This document shows, one piece after another, positions 1-8,661 of a stretch of DNA of 24,211 bases. Under the pieces are notes generated by a model, which was not told the origin of the DNA, searched no databases, and saw only the letters and a list, made by a program, of their open reading frames with translations. Within the stretch, counting starts at the first letter, position 1, and each line of letters opens with the position of its first letter. The stretch comes from a virus (taxonomy: Duplodnaviria > Caudoviricetes): the IMG/VR virus record IMGVR_UViG_3300025403_000041, positions 1 through 24,211 of that record, one strand, 5' to 3'. A program made the position numbers and the translations under genes.

Positions 1-1
1 A

Positions 2-1306
2 ATTGGTATTAGTACCACCACATCTGATGCTGCCAGAGGTGAATCTATTAACTGTCTACTCATTGACGAAGCTGCATTTATTCCGCCTGAGTTTATGAAC
101 GACTTTTGGGAATCAGTATTCCCTGTAATTTCGTCTTCGAAGAAGTCCAAAATTTTTATGTTATCGACCCCTAATGGTGTAGGCAACTTATTTTATAATA
201 TATATACAGAATCTTTGGATGGTAGTAATGGTTGGCACAATGAAAGAGTAGATTGGTGGGAGGTACCCGGTAGAGATGAAAAATGGAGAGATATGACTGC
301 TAAGGCTCTTGGCTCTGTAGAAGCTTTTAACCAGGAATATGGTAATGAGTTTAGAGCTGCTGGTGAAAACGCTTTAGATAATGATTTAATGTTAGAGTTT
401 GAAAAGACCGCACCGGACCCTATACTTGCAAGTGAAGATGGTTGCTATAACATTTACGTAGAACGTAAACACAATCATTTCTATTCAATAGGGGTTGACG
501 TTGGTGATGGTATAGGTAGAGCTAACTCTGCTATTCAAGTACTGGATATAACGGATTTAACTAACATAGAACAAGTTGCTACGTACGCAAATAACAGACT
601 TGATCCTTTTAATTTTGCTGGAAGATTGGTGGAAATAGCTCACGAGTGGGGCAGACCACCTCTATTAGTAGAACGTAATAATTGCGGTGCTCAGGTTATA
701 GATGCCTTAATACACACTCACCATTATGAAAGCTTAGTAAAGTACACACCAAGTATGGGTACATTTACAGATAAGGTAGATAGAGATAATAGAATGGGTG
801 TATACTCTCACACCAATAGCAAGTTCAATGCTATGGCTAATTTAAGGTATTGGATGACTACTCTACGTTGTCTTAAACTTAACGATAAAGAAACCATTAA
901 TGAGTTTAAGACATATGTTAAACAAGCTAACGGGGTATGGAAAAAACAATCCGACCGGTACTTGGATGATAGAGTAGAGTCTTTAATCTGGTCTTTATTT
1001 GCTTTAGATCCTAAAGTAATTGAACAGTTCTATGAAGTAATAGAAAGAGACGGTAATGGTAAACCTCTAAAGATACAACCATTAGATTGGGATCCTTATA
1101 GAGTAGAAGATACTGGCATACCAAGCCAACAAGATTTATACACCAGGTATGTAAAGAATAAACAACCTGAGTTGTCTGTACGTACACCCTCTATATTACC
1201 AGGTAAACAAGGTAATGGTAGTGAGATAGATGAGTTGTTTGAACAAGGGTGGAAGCCTGTAAACTTTAGTGCGGCTTCTGGTAGATTGCAAGGCGGAATG
1301 TTTTAA
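2..1306 (+). CDS. terL: Terminase large subunit, T4 gp17-like (5'-truncated by window edge)
   Basis: Frame is open from position 2, upstream of the tracked ATG at 95: IGISTTTSDAARGESINCLLIDEAAF (Walker B), then STPNG motif C, FNQEY, and RNase H-like nuclease motifs GVDVG, LVERNN, LDDRV. Confidence 0.95.
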   Translation: MGISTTTSDAARGESINCLLIDEAAFIPPEFMNDFWESVFPVISSSKKSKIFMLSTPNGVGNLFYNIYTESLDGSNGWHNERVDWWEVPGRDEKWRDMTAKALGSVEAFNQEYGNEFRAAGENALDNDLMLEFEKTAPDPILASEDGCYNIYVERKHNHFYSIGVDVGDGIGRANSAIQVLDITDLTNIEQVATYANNRLDPFNFAGRLVEIAHEWGRPPLLVERNNCGAQVIDALIHTHHYESLVKYTPSMGTFTDKVDRDNRMGVYSHTNSKFNAMANLRYWMTTLRCLKLNDKETINEFKTYVKQANGVWKKQSDRYLDDRVESLIWSLFALDPKVIEQFYEVIERDGNGKPLKIQPLDWDPYRVEDTGIPSQQDLYTRYVKNKQPELSVRTPSILPGKQGNGSEIDELFEQGWKPVNFSAASGRLQGGMF

Positions 1307-1311
1307 ACAAT

Positions 1312-1337
1312 AAAAAAGCCCTCATTGCTGAGGGCTT
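1312..1337 (-). terminator. Rho-independent terminator for the minus-strand gene 1366..2415 (possibly bidirectional)
   Basis: Minus strand AAGCCCTCA-GCAA-TGAGGGCTT-TTTT: 9-bp stem, GNRA tetraloop, U tract; lies between convergent genes. Confidence 0.88.
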
Positions 1338-1365
1338 GTAAACTATTTGTTTGTTTTACTATGTC

Positions 1366-2415
1366 TTAGCTATCAAACAAGGACTTTTCACCAGAAGCTT
1401 TGCTTGCACCTTTTGTGCCATCTACTTCAAATTTCTTGATGTTCTGAAGCTTCTTAATGTCGCCGTTAAATGGCTTTGGTGTTGGTTCGCTTTCGACTTT
1501 ACCGTCATCAGCTTTACCAGCATTGACTTTAAGCTTTGGGCTATCAGTAATTGGCTTGTTTACTGGATCAGGGTTACCTTTCTTTAAGGCACCATTTGGT
1601 TTTGTTAAAACATGACCAAGGTCTTCTGCTTCAACATCTTCAGCGATTGGTGACTCTTCAGCGTGACCAGCGATTTCTTGATCTTCTGCACCAAGGTCGC
1701 CATGTTCAGCATCAACTTCTTTGTCTTTCTTTAAGAAAGCAAGAATCTTTTCGAGCATTTCAATTGCTTCTTCATGAGTAGGAAGCTCTTCATGTTGCTC
1801 TTCGCCGCCCATTTCTTCGCCATCAGCAGCTGCATCAGTTGCAGCAGGAACACCTGCTTCTTCTTCGTCATGCATACCGTGCATTTCTTCATTTTCATTG
1901 AAAGGAACACCTTTAAGTGCTGCCTCGTATAAGTTATCGAATTTTGATTTTGACATAGTAAACTTTGGTTTGTAGTTATATTTATTATTCTCAACTACGG
2001 ATTCCTGAACTTTTTCTTCAGGAGTTGTTGTTTTTGCTGTTTCTTTTTCTGTATCGGAGTCATCAGATTCATCTTCTTTGCCTTCTTCTTCTTTCTCCAT
2101 TACCTTAGGATCAGAACCTGGATCTTCAACTTTATCTACAGGTTTAAAGCCGCTTTTCTTAGGCACTAAACCAGCTGGGCCAGAATTCTTTAGTACTGAA
2201 TTGACTTCAACACCATCTACTTTTTTGACAGCTTCCTTTGTACCGCCACCTAATGGGCTACCTGCTTTAACCATATCTTCTGTTAAATACACACTTGTAT
2301 CAGTGTGAGTAACAGCACCAGTAGTGTTTTCATTAACTGCTGATGGAATTTCGTGATTCGCAGCAGCAATACCACTGTAGAGCCCGCCGAGGTCGGATAA
2401 GGATTTGATTTTCAT
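1366..2415 (-). CDS. Acidic low-complexity protein, putative prohead core/scaffold-type or internal head protein
   Basis: 349-aa E/D/K-rich ORF preceded by TAAATA. Contains several (L/I/V)xE sites (YLTE, VQE, NLYE, PIAE) like T4 gp21 cleavage sites and short amphipathic helices. Function is inferred. Confidence 0.55.
   Translation of the reverse strand: MKIKSLSDLGGLYSGIAAANHEIPSAVNENTTGAVTHTDTSVYLTEDMVKAGSPLGGGTKEAVKKVDGVEVNSVLKNSGPAGLVPKKSGFKPVDKVEDPGSDPKVMEKEEEGKEDESDDSDTEKETAKTTTPEEKVQESVVENNKYNYKPKFTMSKSKFDNLYEAALKGVPFNENEEMHGMHDEEEAGVPAATDAAADGEEMGGEEQHEELPTHEEAIEMLEKILAFLKKDKEVDAEHGDLGAEDQEIAGHAEESPIAEDVEAEDLGHVLTKPNGALKKGNPDPVNKPITDSPKLKVNAGKADDGKVESEPTPKPFNGDIKKLQNIKKFEVDGTKGASKASGEKSLFDS
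1979..1984 (-). promoter_or_regulatory. Internal late-promoter-like box TAAATA ahead of in-frame ATG at 1956
   Basis: Minus strand AATAAATA-N22-ATG TCA AAA; same layout as the leaders of the 8662 and 17488 genes. Confidence 0.45.
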
Positions 2416-2424
2416 TTACAATAT

Positions 2425-2430
2425 TATTTA
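2425..2430 (-). promoter_or_regulatory. Late-promoter-like box TAAATA
   Basis: 9 nt upstream of ATG 2415; matches the motif recurring before most genes and the core of T4 late TATAAATA. Confidence 0.65.
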
Positions 2431-2461
2431 GTATATCTGTCTACAAATCTATATAATATAG

Positions 2462-2467
2462 TAAATA
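2462..2467 (+). promoter_or_regulatory. Late-promoter-like box TAAATA
   Basis: 6 nt upstream of ATG 2474; divergent from the 2425 box. Confidence 0.65.
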
Positions 2468-2473
2468 ATTTTG

Positions 2474-3538
2474 ATGGCCACGTCTTATATCTCTCAGTAT
2501 TGTATTGATACAGGTACTTATACACCACCAGCAGTCGACTACGTTGGTTACCAATTAAGTGGTGGTTACAACTGTACGTACGGTACAAGTGGTGTTAGAT
2601 ATCTTAATGTAACGGATAATGCAAATCAAATATCTCTTTTTAATAGTTGGTGGCAAGAACAAATAAGTCAATTTGGACAACAAATTAACTATTATATAAA
2701 TGGTTATAATTTATCCGCACATGATTATCTTTATGGCGAACAATCATTAGTTAAATATGCACCACCTATTCCGATGGTGATGGCAATAACGTTAAGTAAT
2801 GATAATGTTATATTAAGCAAATTTGGTTTACAAGGAGAAGCAGATTTAACAGCATTTATTGCTATAACTACTTTTACTTCAACGGTTACCGCAATTAGTG
2901 GTTCATTATCGGCTTCAAACTATGAACCTAAAGCTGGTGATCTCATAGAGTTAGCAGAGTACGGTTCAACACGTCCAGGTGGTAGAAGTGGGCAAGTATA
3001 TGAAATAACAGAACGTCTTGATCAATCCGGTGGAGATGAAGCTAATCAAATTTTAGGCCATTATATATGGACTATAAGAGCTAAACGTTATGAATGGAAC
3101 TACGAGTTACAAGCTCCACGTGAAAAGCTTATGGATCAAGTATATGACAACAAGTTTGAAGGTACAGCTAATAACTTACCTAAAGTACTTGAAACAAAAG
3201 AATACACACAATTTGTTGATAAAGACTCGGTAAACGTATTTGACTACGCTCAGTACCCACAATCTAATACAAGTGTATATGGTGATTATGAAGACACTAA
3301 CACTCTTGTTAACTTAATTGGTGTAGAAAATAGAGCGGGTCGTACCACTGGTGCTCTTGCTGCTTCAGCCAATGTGTATGTTGTAATCCCAAGTCCAAGC
3401 AACTTCCAACAATCTACAACAGCGTCGGTTGCAGTAGCAAATGCAAATCAATCACAACTCGAACTTCTTACATCTTTACTTTCCAGTAATCCAGCTTTAA
3501 GTTCATTATTGATATTACCCCCTCAGGCTGCTAATTAA
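2474..3538 (+). CDS. gp14: Neck/head-completion protein, T4 gp14-like, with N- and C-terminal extensions
   Basis: gp14-type motifs EQISQFGQQINYY, DYLYGE, ILSKFG, EPKAGDLI, VYEIT, YIWTIRAKRYEWNYE. ATG 2474 preferred to TTG 2471. Confidence 0.8.
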   Translation: MATSYISQYCIDTGTYTPPAVDYVGYQLSGGYNCTYGTSGVRYLNVTDNANQISLFNSWWQEQISQFGQQINYYINGYNLSAHDYLYGEQSLVKYAPPIPMVMAITLSNDNVILSKFGLQGEADLTAFIAITTFTSTVTAISGSLSASNYEPKAGDLIELAEYGSTRPGGRSGQVYEITERLDQSGGDEANQILGHYIWTIRAKRYEWNYELQAPREKLMDQVYDNKFEGTANNLPKVLETKEYTQFVDKDSVNVFDYAQYPQSNTSVYGDYEDTNTLVNLIGVENRAGRTTGALAASANVYVVIPSPSNFQQSTTASVAVANANQSQLELLTSLLSSNPALSSLLILPPQAAN

Positions 3539-3552
3539 TACGGAAACGTTTA

Positions 3553-3558
3553 TAAGTA
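3553..3558 (+). promoter_or_regulatory. Late-promoter-like box (TA)TAAGTA
   Basis: TATAAGTA, one mismatch to T4 TATAAATA, 11 nt before ATG 3570. Confidence 0.7.
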
Positions 3559-3569
3559 ATTAAAGCCTA

Positions 3570-5603
3570 ATGTCCGCCGATAACCCACAATATATATATC
3601 CACACGAGTTACCACAAATAACTCCTACGGATACTGATCTAATATTTTTAGAGCAGAATAATGGAGACGGTACTTATACTTCTTATAGTACCACGCTATC
3701 TGCTCTTTCTGCTGCAGGTTATACCGGTAGAGACGGTCAGTCAGGTTATTCCGGTTACTCAGGTTATTCTGGTGCAACTGGTGGTGCGGCTGCTTCTGGT
3801 TATTCGGGCTATTCCGGACAAAATGGTGTAATCGGTCACGATGGTGCTTCTGGTTATAGTGGTATTTCTGGTTACAGTGGTTACTCCGGTTCAGGTGTAT
3901 CTGGTTATTCAGGCTTTAGTGGTATTTCAGGCTACAGTGGTTATAGTGGCATTTCAGGGTTTAGTGGTATTAGCGGTTTTTCTGGTATAAGCGGTTATTC
4001 CGGTTACTCAGGTATTTCTGGTTATAGCGGCATAAGCGGTTATTCAGGTATAAGCGGTTACTCAGGCTACTCTGGTAAGAGTGGTTATAGTGGTATTTCT
4101 GGCTACTCTGGTATTAGCGGTTTTTCTGGTAAAGACGGTACTTCAGTTACTATTATTGGTACAGTACCTACCGTGGGTGGTAACCCACAAGCTACTTTAA
4201 ATGCTGCATTCCCAAGTGCAGTAAACGGTAACGGCGTCATTGATGAAACGTCTGGTGATTTGTGGGTATACGCTAACGGTACTTGGTCTAATGTTGGTCA
4301 AGTAAAAGGTGATACCGGTGCTTCTGGTTACTCCGGTATTAGTGGTTATAGTGGCTACTCTGGTTACTCAGGTATTAGTGGCTACTCTGGTATTTCCGGT
4401 TATAGTGGTTCAGGTGTATCAGGCTATAGTGGTTATTCTGGTGCTCAATACACATTCTCAAGTAATATTGTAGTTAATATTTCTGCTGGTTATTTCGGTC
4501 AATACGCAAACGGTAGTACAATACCAGCTGCTGGTTTAACACCTGCTCAAGTTATATTGTTAGCTTGTCAACAACAAATACCACCTTCTGCAAATATAAA
4601 TTCTTCAAGTACTATTGCGTTTAATCAAACCTCAATTAGTAATATAATAACTTTCGGTTACTCACTCAGTAGTTTAGGTGCAACTGCACTATCTGGTAAC
4701 TTATACTGGAGACGTAACAGTTCTGGTAATTACAATTTATTGTTAAGTGGTACACCAGCAATTTCTGCAACAAGTTTAAGCTACACTCATACATATACTG
4801 ATACAAATTATAATACACAAAACTTTCAATACGAATACACTTTTGTAGATTCAAATAATCAAATTGCTACCCCGGTTACAAAGACAATTACACCTACAGC
4901 ATATGTAAGTCCTTCAGTTTCGCTTTCAATAGCAGCAGCAAGTGGTACGACTTCTCCTGAAACAGCATACACAAGAGAAATAGGCAATACTGCTTCTACT
5001 ATTACCGGTACAATTACAAATAATAACAATAGCACATATGTTCCATTAAGCGCATACGTATTACAAGTTTCAGTAAACGGTGGAGCATATACAAGTTTAA
5101 CTTCTGCAATTTCCGTTGGCCCGGGCACTTCATCGATTACATCGTTTACCCATAACAACCCAACTTTAAGCGCTGCAACTTCTATTGCATACCGTTTATT
5201 GGTATACGATTCATATCAAAATTATATTTCAAGTTATTATACAAGTGGTGCTACAACAGTTTCATTCTATCCATTAGCATGGTACGGTCCTATATCATCA
5301 CTTCCAACTACCACTGCAGCTATTAGATCATTACCTAATAGGTATTTTATTAGTGGCTTATCAAACCCGTTTAACTTAGTAACAGGTACTACATATAATA
5401 ACTTTACTGTAGCGTTACCATCTCACACCATTACACAAGTGCTTGATACAGGCAACTTAAATGCTAATATTACTGCAAATTACGTGTTGTCGGCTTGGAA
5501 CGTAAACAGCTACAATTTAGTACCTACATCATATAATGTATATACATTAACTAATGCAGTACCTTATAACCCTTCAACAACTCACCAAGTAACTTGGGTA
5601 TAA
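3570..5603 (+). CDS. Virion fibre protein 1 with G-X-S collagen-like repeats and S/T/Y-rich beta-sandwich C-terminus
   Basis: N-terminal ELPQ..DTDLIFL attachment-type motif; two G-X-S blocks separated by a GDLWVY..TWSNVGQVKG knob typical of collagen-like phage fibres; low-charge beta-rich C-terminal half. Confidence 0.75.
   Translation: MSADNPQYIYPHELPQITPTDTDLIFLEQNNGDGTYTSYSTTLSALSAAGYTGRDGQSGYSGYSGYSGATGGAAASGYSGYSGQNGVIGHDGASGYSGISGYSGYSGSGVSGYSGFSGISGYSGYSGISGFSGISGFSGISGYSGYSGISGYSGISGYSGISGYSGYSGKSGYSGISGYSGISGFSGKDGTSVTIIGTVPTVGGNPQATLNAAFPSAVNGNGVIDETSGDLWVYANGTWSNVGQVKGDTGASGYSGISGYSGYSGYSGISGYSGISGYSGSGVSGYSGYSGAQYTFSSNIVVNISAGYFGQYANGSTIPAAGLTPAQVILLACQQQIPPSANINSSSTIAFNQTSISNIITFGYSLSSLGATALSGNLYWRRNSSGNYNLLLSGTPAISATSLSYTHTYTDTNYNTQNFQYEYTFVDSNNQIATPVTKTITPTAYVSPSVSLSIAAASGTTSPETAYTREIGNTASTITGTITNNNNSTYVPLSAYVLQVSVNGGAYTSLTSAISVGPGTSSITSFTHNNPTLSAATSIAYRLLVYDSYQNYISSYYTSGATTVSFYPLAWYGPISSLPTTTAAIRSLPNRYFISGLSNPFNLVTGTTYNNFTVALPSHTITQVLDTGNLNANITANYVLSAWNVNSYNLVPTSYNVYTLTNAVPYNPSTTHQVTWV
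3717..4139 (+). repeat. 9-bp-period coding repeat, G-X-S block 1
   Basis: (TCN/AGY)-GGY-(TAY/ATH/TTY) units encoding SGYSGI..., with a few interruptions. Confidence 0.95.
4308..4442 (+). repeat. G-X-S block 2
   Basis: GDTGASGYSGISGYS...SGSGVSGYSGYSG. Confidence 0.95.
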
Positions 5604-5615
5604 TAATTATTTAAA

Positions 5616-7883
5616 ATGTCACTCACTACAGGCTTACAACTACCATATGGTATACAACCCGTTAACCCGGTACCGGTTGATGCATGGTCAGGTCCATATG
5701 CAGGAGCTACTGCAACAGCAGCACTTTCGGCCGCCAATGCTTCAATACCATCAGGTGTTAGGTTTCAGTCAATGCAGGTACGTCTTATTATTAATAGCGT
5801 ACCTTATATATACTGGTATCAAAATGGTGTATTAGACTCGAACCTGGTTTTATTTGCTGGCAGTCCAACTTCATTAGTAAACGGCTCATATAGTTTTCAA
5901 TTAAGTGCAACCGCTTTGTCTGGCGGTGCTATGATATTCCCAGATGGTACCGTACAGTATACAGCTTCATCCGGTATAAGTGGTGCATCTGGTTATTCTG
6001 GTATTTCCGGTTTCAGTGGTATATCTGGCTATAGCGGTTATTCGGGTTACTCTGGTATCTCTGGTTACTCGGGCTATTCTGGTATCTCCGGCTACTCAGG
6101 TTACTCTGGTATCTCTGGTTACTCAGGTTATTCTGGCATTAGCGGTTATTCAGGTATTTCTGGTTACTCAGGTATAAGTGGCTATAGCGGTATATCTGGT
6201 TATAGTGGGAGTGGTGTATCTGGTTACTCTGGTTTCTCTGGTACAAACGCACCGTTAATACAAACAATAACGTATAGCAACTCTTTTACATCTGGTCAAG
6301 CAATTTATAAAACATCTGGTGGTTACGCTTTAGCACAAGCCAATACAGTTACAACTTCAGAAATAATTGGTGTGGTACAAGCCTCCAATGGTAATTCGTT
6401 TACTTTAGTTATAAACGGTTTCATTTCTGGTTTATCGGCTTTAAGTTTAACTGATTCAGCTTGTTATTATCTTTCAGATACAACACCAGGCTTGTTAACA
6501 ACAACAGCTCCAATTACCAGTGGTAGTGTAATTAAACCAGTATTAATTGCTACAGGTACAAGTACAGGTATAGTTGTTGAGTACCCTGGAGTACAGATCG
6601 GCAGCACTAACAACGGCTATAGCGGTTACTTAGCATTATGGACCGGACAACACACTTTAGGTAATAGTAGCGCGCTACAAGACAACGGCGCTGGTACAAT
6701 AACAATGCCGGGCATTTTAAATATTACTGGCACACTACAATTTAATGGCGTACCATATACCGGTACAAGCGGTTATTCTGGTATGTCTGGTTGGTCCGGG
6801 TTTAGTGGTCAATCAGGTTATTCTGGTTGGTCAGGTATAAGCGGCTACTCGGGTTATAGCGGTTATAGTGGTATTTCCGGTTATAGTAGTTACTCTGGTT
6901 ATTCCGGTATTAGTGGTTACTCTGGTTATAGCGGTTATTCTGGTATAAGTGGTTATTCCGGTATTAGCGGTTATTCAGGTGTTTCAGGTTATTCAGGTCC
7001 AGGTGTAGCTGCAAGTCTAATGCGTGCTTCTTTAAGTGCTGCCCAGACAACAAACTTAACAGCTAATAGTAAAATAGCTTTTAACCAAGTTGATGCTTTA
7101 GTATATACCGACATATTGCTCAACACTTCAACTGGTGTAATTACTTTATCTGGCAATAGAACATACAGACTGATAGGATCAGTTCCTACATGGAATGGCA
7201 GCACCGCACGCCCTTCATTTGGGTGGTACAACGAGTCTACTTCTTCTTATGTGGGTAGTCTACAAGCAAGCTACAACACTCAAGATGGTGCAGGTAATTC
7301 TGCAACAGGTAGTGTAGCAGAGTATATTTTTACCCCATTAACTACCACAAACGTTTCGTTCCGTATTGCAAGCTTAACTACCGGCACGTTAACTCAAATA
7401 GGTGGTAATTCAGATTTTGCTACAGCAGGTTCTTATCCGTGGTGTGAGGTACAAGTGCTTGCAGGGAATGCTGGTACATTAACAAGTCAAATAACTAACA
7501 GCACTTATTCTCTTTCAGTAAGCTCTAATGGGGTTATAATATTCCCTGATGGTACTGCTCAAACAACTGCATACACAGGTTCGATTCCACAAAATGCGCA
7601 GTCATCAAACTACACCATACAAACAAGCGATAACGGTAAACATATTTCCATAACAACCGGGGGCATTAATATTGTTAGTAACATATTTAATGTAGGTAAT
7701 ACTGTATCGATATTTAACAATTCGAATTCAACTCAAACTTTATCTTCTGGTCCAGGAGTGACAATGTATCTTGGCGGGGTTGGTACAACCGGTAACCGCA
7801 CACTTGCTGGTTACGGGTTAGCAACAGTACTTTGCGTTTCCGGTACAAATACATTTGTTGCTGTAGGTACCGGGTTAACATAA
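5616..7883 (+). CDS. Virion fibre protein 2 with G-X-S repeats, decoration-like internal domain and C-terminal adaptor-type domain
   Basis: Two G-X-S blocks, two IFPDGTxQxTA motifs, a ~135-aa domain shared with the 8662 gene, and a C-terminal IPQNAQSSNYT...GNRTLAGYGLAT...GTGLT domain directly followed by a lectin gene. Confidence 0.75.
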   Translation: MSLTTGLQLPYGIQPVNPVPVDAWSGPYAGATATAALSAANASIPSGVRFQSMQVRLIINSVPYIYWYQNGVLDSNLVLFAGSPTSLVNGSYSFQLSATALSGGAMIFPDGTVQYTASSGISGASGYSGISGFSGISGYSGYSGYSGISGYSGYSGISGYSGYSGISGYSGYSGISGYSGISGYSGISGYSGISGYSGSGVSGYSGFSGTNAPLIQTITYSNSFTSGQAIYKTSGGYALAQANTVTTSEIIGVVQASNGNSFTLVINGFISGLSALSLTDSACYYLSDTTPGLLTTTAPITSGSVIKPVLIATGTSTGIVVEYPGVQIGSTNNGYSGYLALWTGQHTLGNSSALQDNGAGTITMPGILNITGTLQFNGVPYTGTSGYSGMSGWSGFSGQSGYSGWSGISGYSGYSGYSGISGYSSYSGYSGISGYSGYSGYSGISGYSGISGYSGVSGYSGPGVAASLMRASLSAAQTTNLTANSKIAFNQVDALVYTDILLNTSTGVITLSGNRTYRLIGSVPTWNGSTARPSFGWYNESTSSYVGSLQASYNTQDGAGNSATGSVAEYIFTPLTTTNVSFRIASLTTGTLTQIGGNSDFATAGSYPWCEVQVLAGNAGTLTSQITNSTYSLSVSSNGVIIFPDGTAQTTAYTGSIPQNAQSSNYTIQTSDNGKHISITTGGINIVSNIFNVGNTVSIFNNSNSTQTLSSGPGVTMYLGGVGTTGNRTLAGYGLATVLCVSGTNTFVAVGTGLT
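5970..6242 (+). repeat. G-X-S block 3
   Basis: SGISGASGYSGISGF...SGSGVSGYSGFSG. Confidence 0.95.
6264..6668 (+). repeat. Copy 1 of ~135-aa duplicated domain (copy 2 at 10660..11058)
   Basis: TITYSNSF..GQ.IYKT.GGYALAQAN...YYLSDT..GLLTTTAP..SGS.IKP.LIA...VVEYPG.QIGSTNNG.SGYLA.WTG..TLGNS present in both genes. Confidence 0.95.
6762..6998 (+). repeat. G-X-S block 4
   Basis: GTSGYSGMSGWSGFSGQSG...; one G->S imperfection (SGYSSYSG). Confidence 0.95.
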
Positions 7884-7884
7884 T

Positions 7885-8559
7885 ATGAGTATAGTACAAG
7901 CGTTTTTTGGTACAAGCGGTGGAATAATAACATCAAATTTAGTTTTAAATCTTGATGCAGCTAATTACCCAGGTTCTGGTACAACTTGGACAGATATAAG
8001 TTCATCAGCTATGGTCGGTACTCTATCTAATGTTACATATAGTTCAAGTAACGGGGGGTATTTCAATTTTAATGGTACAAGTTCAAAAGTAGGTTCATTC
8101 ACTAATACCGGTAATATACCTATAGGTAATTCTCAATATACTATTGAAGTGTGGATTAATCAAACAAATGTTACTCAGGTAGGTGGTTGGATCGGTTGGG
8201 GTAACTTTGGTACTAATTATCAAGTAAATGCTTTTAGAAATAATTTGCAGGCTGTAGATCATTACTGGTGGGCTAATGATCTTGTCACTGGTAATTATTT
8301 ATCGGCTAACACCTGGTATCAAATGGTAGCTACATATGACGGTACAACTCGGTCTATATATCAAAACGGAACGCGTATAGGTTATGATACACCAACGGCA
8401 AATCATAATGCAGTGATGTCTAACTTTAATGTGGGGGTCACTAATAGTAGTGAATGGTATAACGGTAAACTATCTATAGTACGTGTTTATAATACGGGAT
8501 TTACTTCTACTCAAGTAACTCAAAACTTTAATAGTATAAAATCGAGATACGGCTTATAA
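7885..8559 (+). CDS. LamG/concanavalin A-like lectin domain protein, putative fibre tip
   Basis: LVLNLDAANYPGSGTTWTDIS, YFNFNG, YTIEVWI, WYQMVATYDG, NGKLSIVRVYN, VTQNFN..RYGL: typical phage Laminin_G_3 module. Starts 1 nt after the upstream stop. Confidence 0.85.
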   Translation: MSIVQAFFGTSGGIITSNLVLNLDAANYPGSGTTWTDISSSAMVGTLSNVTYSSSNGGYFNFNGTSSKVGSFTNTGNIPIGNSQYTIEVWINQTNVTQVGGWIGWGNFGTNYQVNAFRNNLQAVDHYWWANDLVTGNYLSANTWYQMVATYDGTTRSIYQNGTRIGYDTPTANHNAVMSNFNVGVTNSSEWYNGKLSIVRVYNTGFTSTQVTQNFNSIKSRYGL

Positions 8560-8635
8560 ACCCTGTTGGATTTATTTATTATAGTAAGTTGTTGGTGCTC
8601 CTGTACAAATGTTAAATAAATGAGCACTATTTACA

Positions 8636-8641
8636 TAAATA
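8636..8641 (+). promoter_or_regulatory. Late-promoter-like box (CA)TAAATA
   Basis: 20 nt before ATG 8662. Confidence 0.65.
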
Positions 8642-8661
8642 AATTATAACCACTAAATTTT

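Noticed and set aside
490-545. Inactive terminase nuclease (GRANS where GxDYS is usual)
   Set aside because: The main acidic residues (GVD, VERN, LDD) are retained; likely lineage variation.
1351-2308. Short ORFs 1351, 1551, 1731, 2078 (and similar ones at 4666, 4859, 5647, 6989, 7714, 12187, 12788, 14372, 14520, 15101, 16415, 16840, 17747, 18732, 19043, 23707)
   Set aside because: Overlap longer well-supported genes, lack recognisable motifs and lack the TAARTA leader.
8584-8634. Imperfect hairpin GTGCTC...GAGCAC between lectin and fibre 3 genes
   Set aside because: Short stem, 21-nt loop, no U tract; cannot be supported as a terminator or ncRNA.
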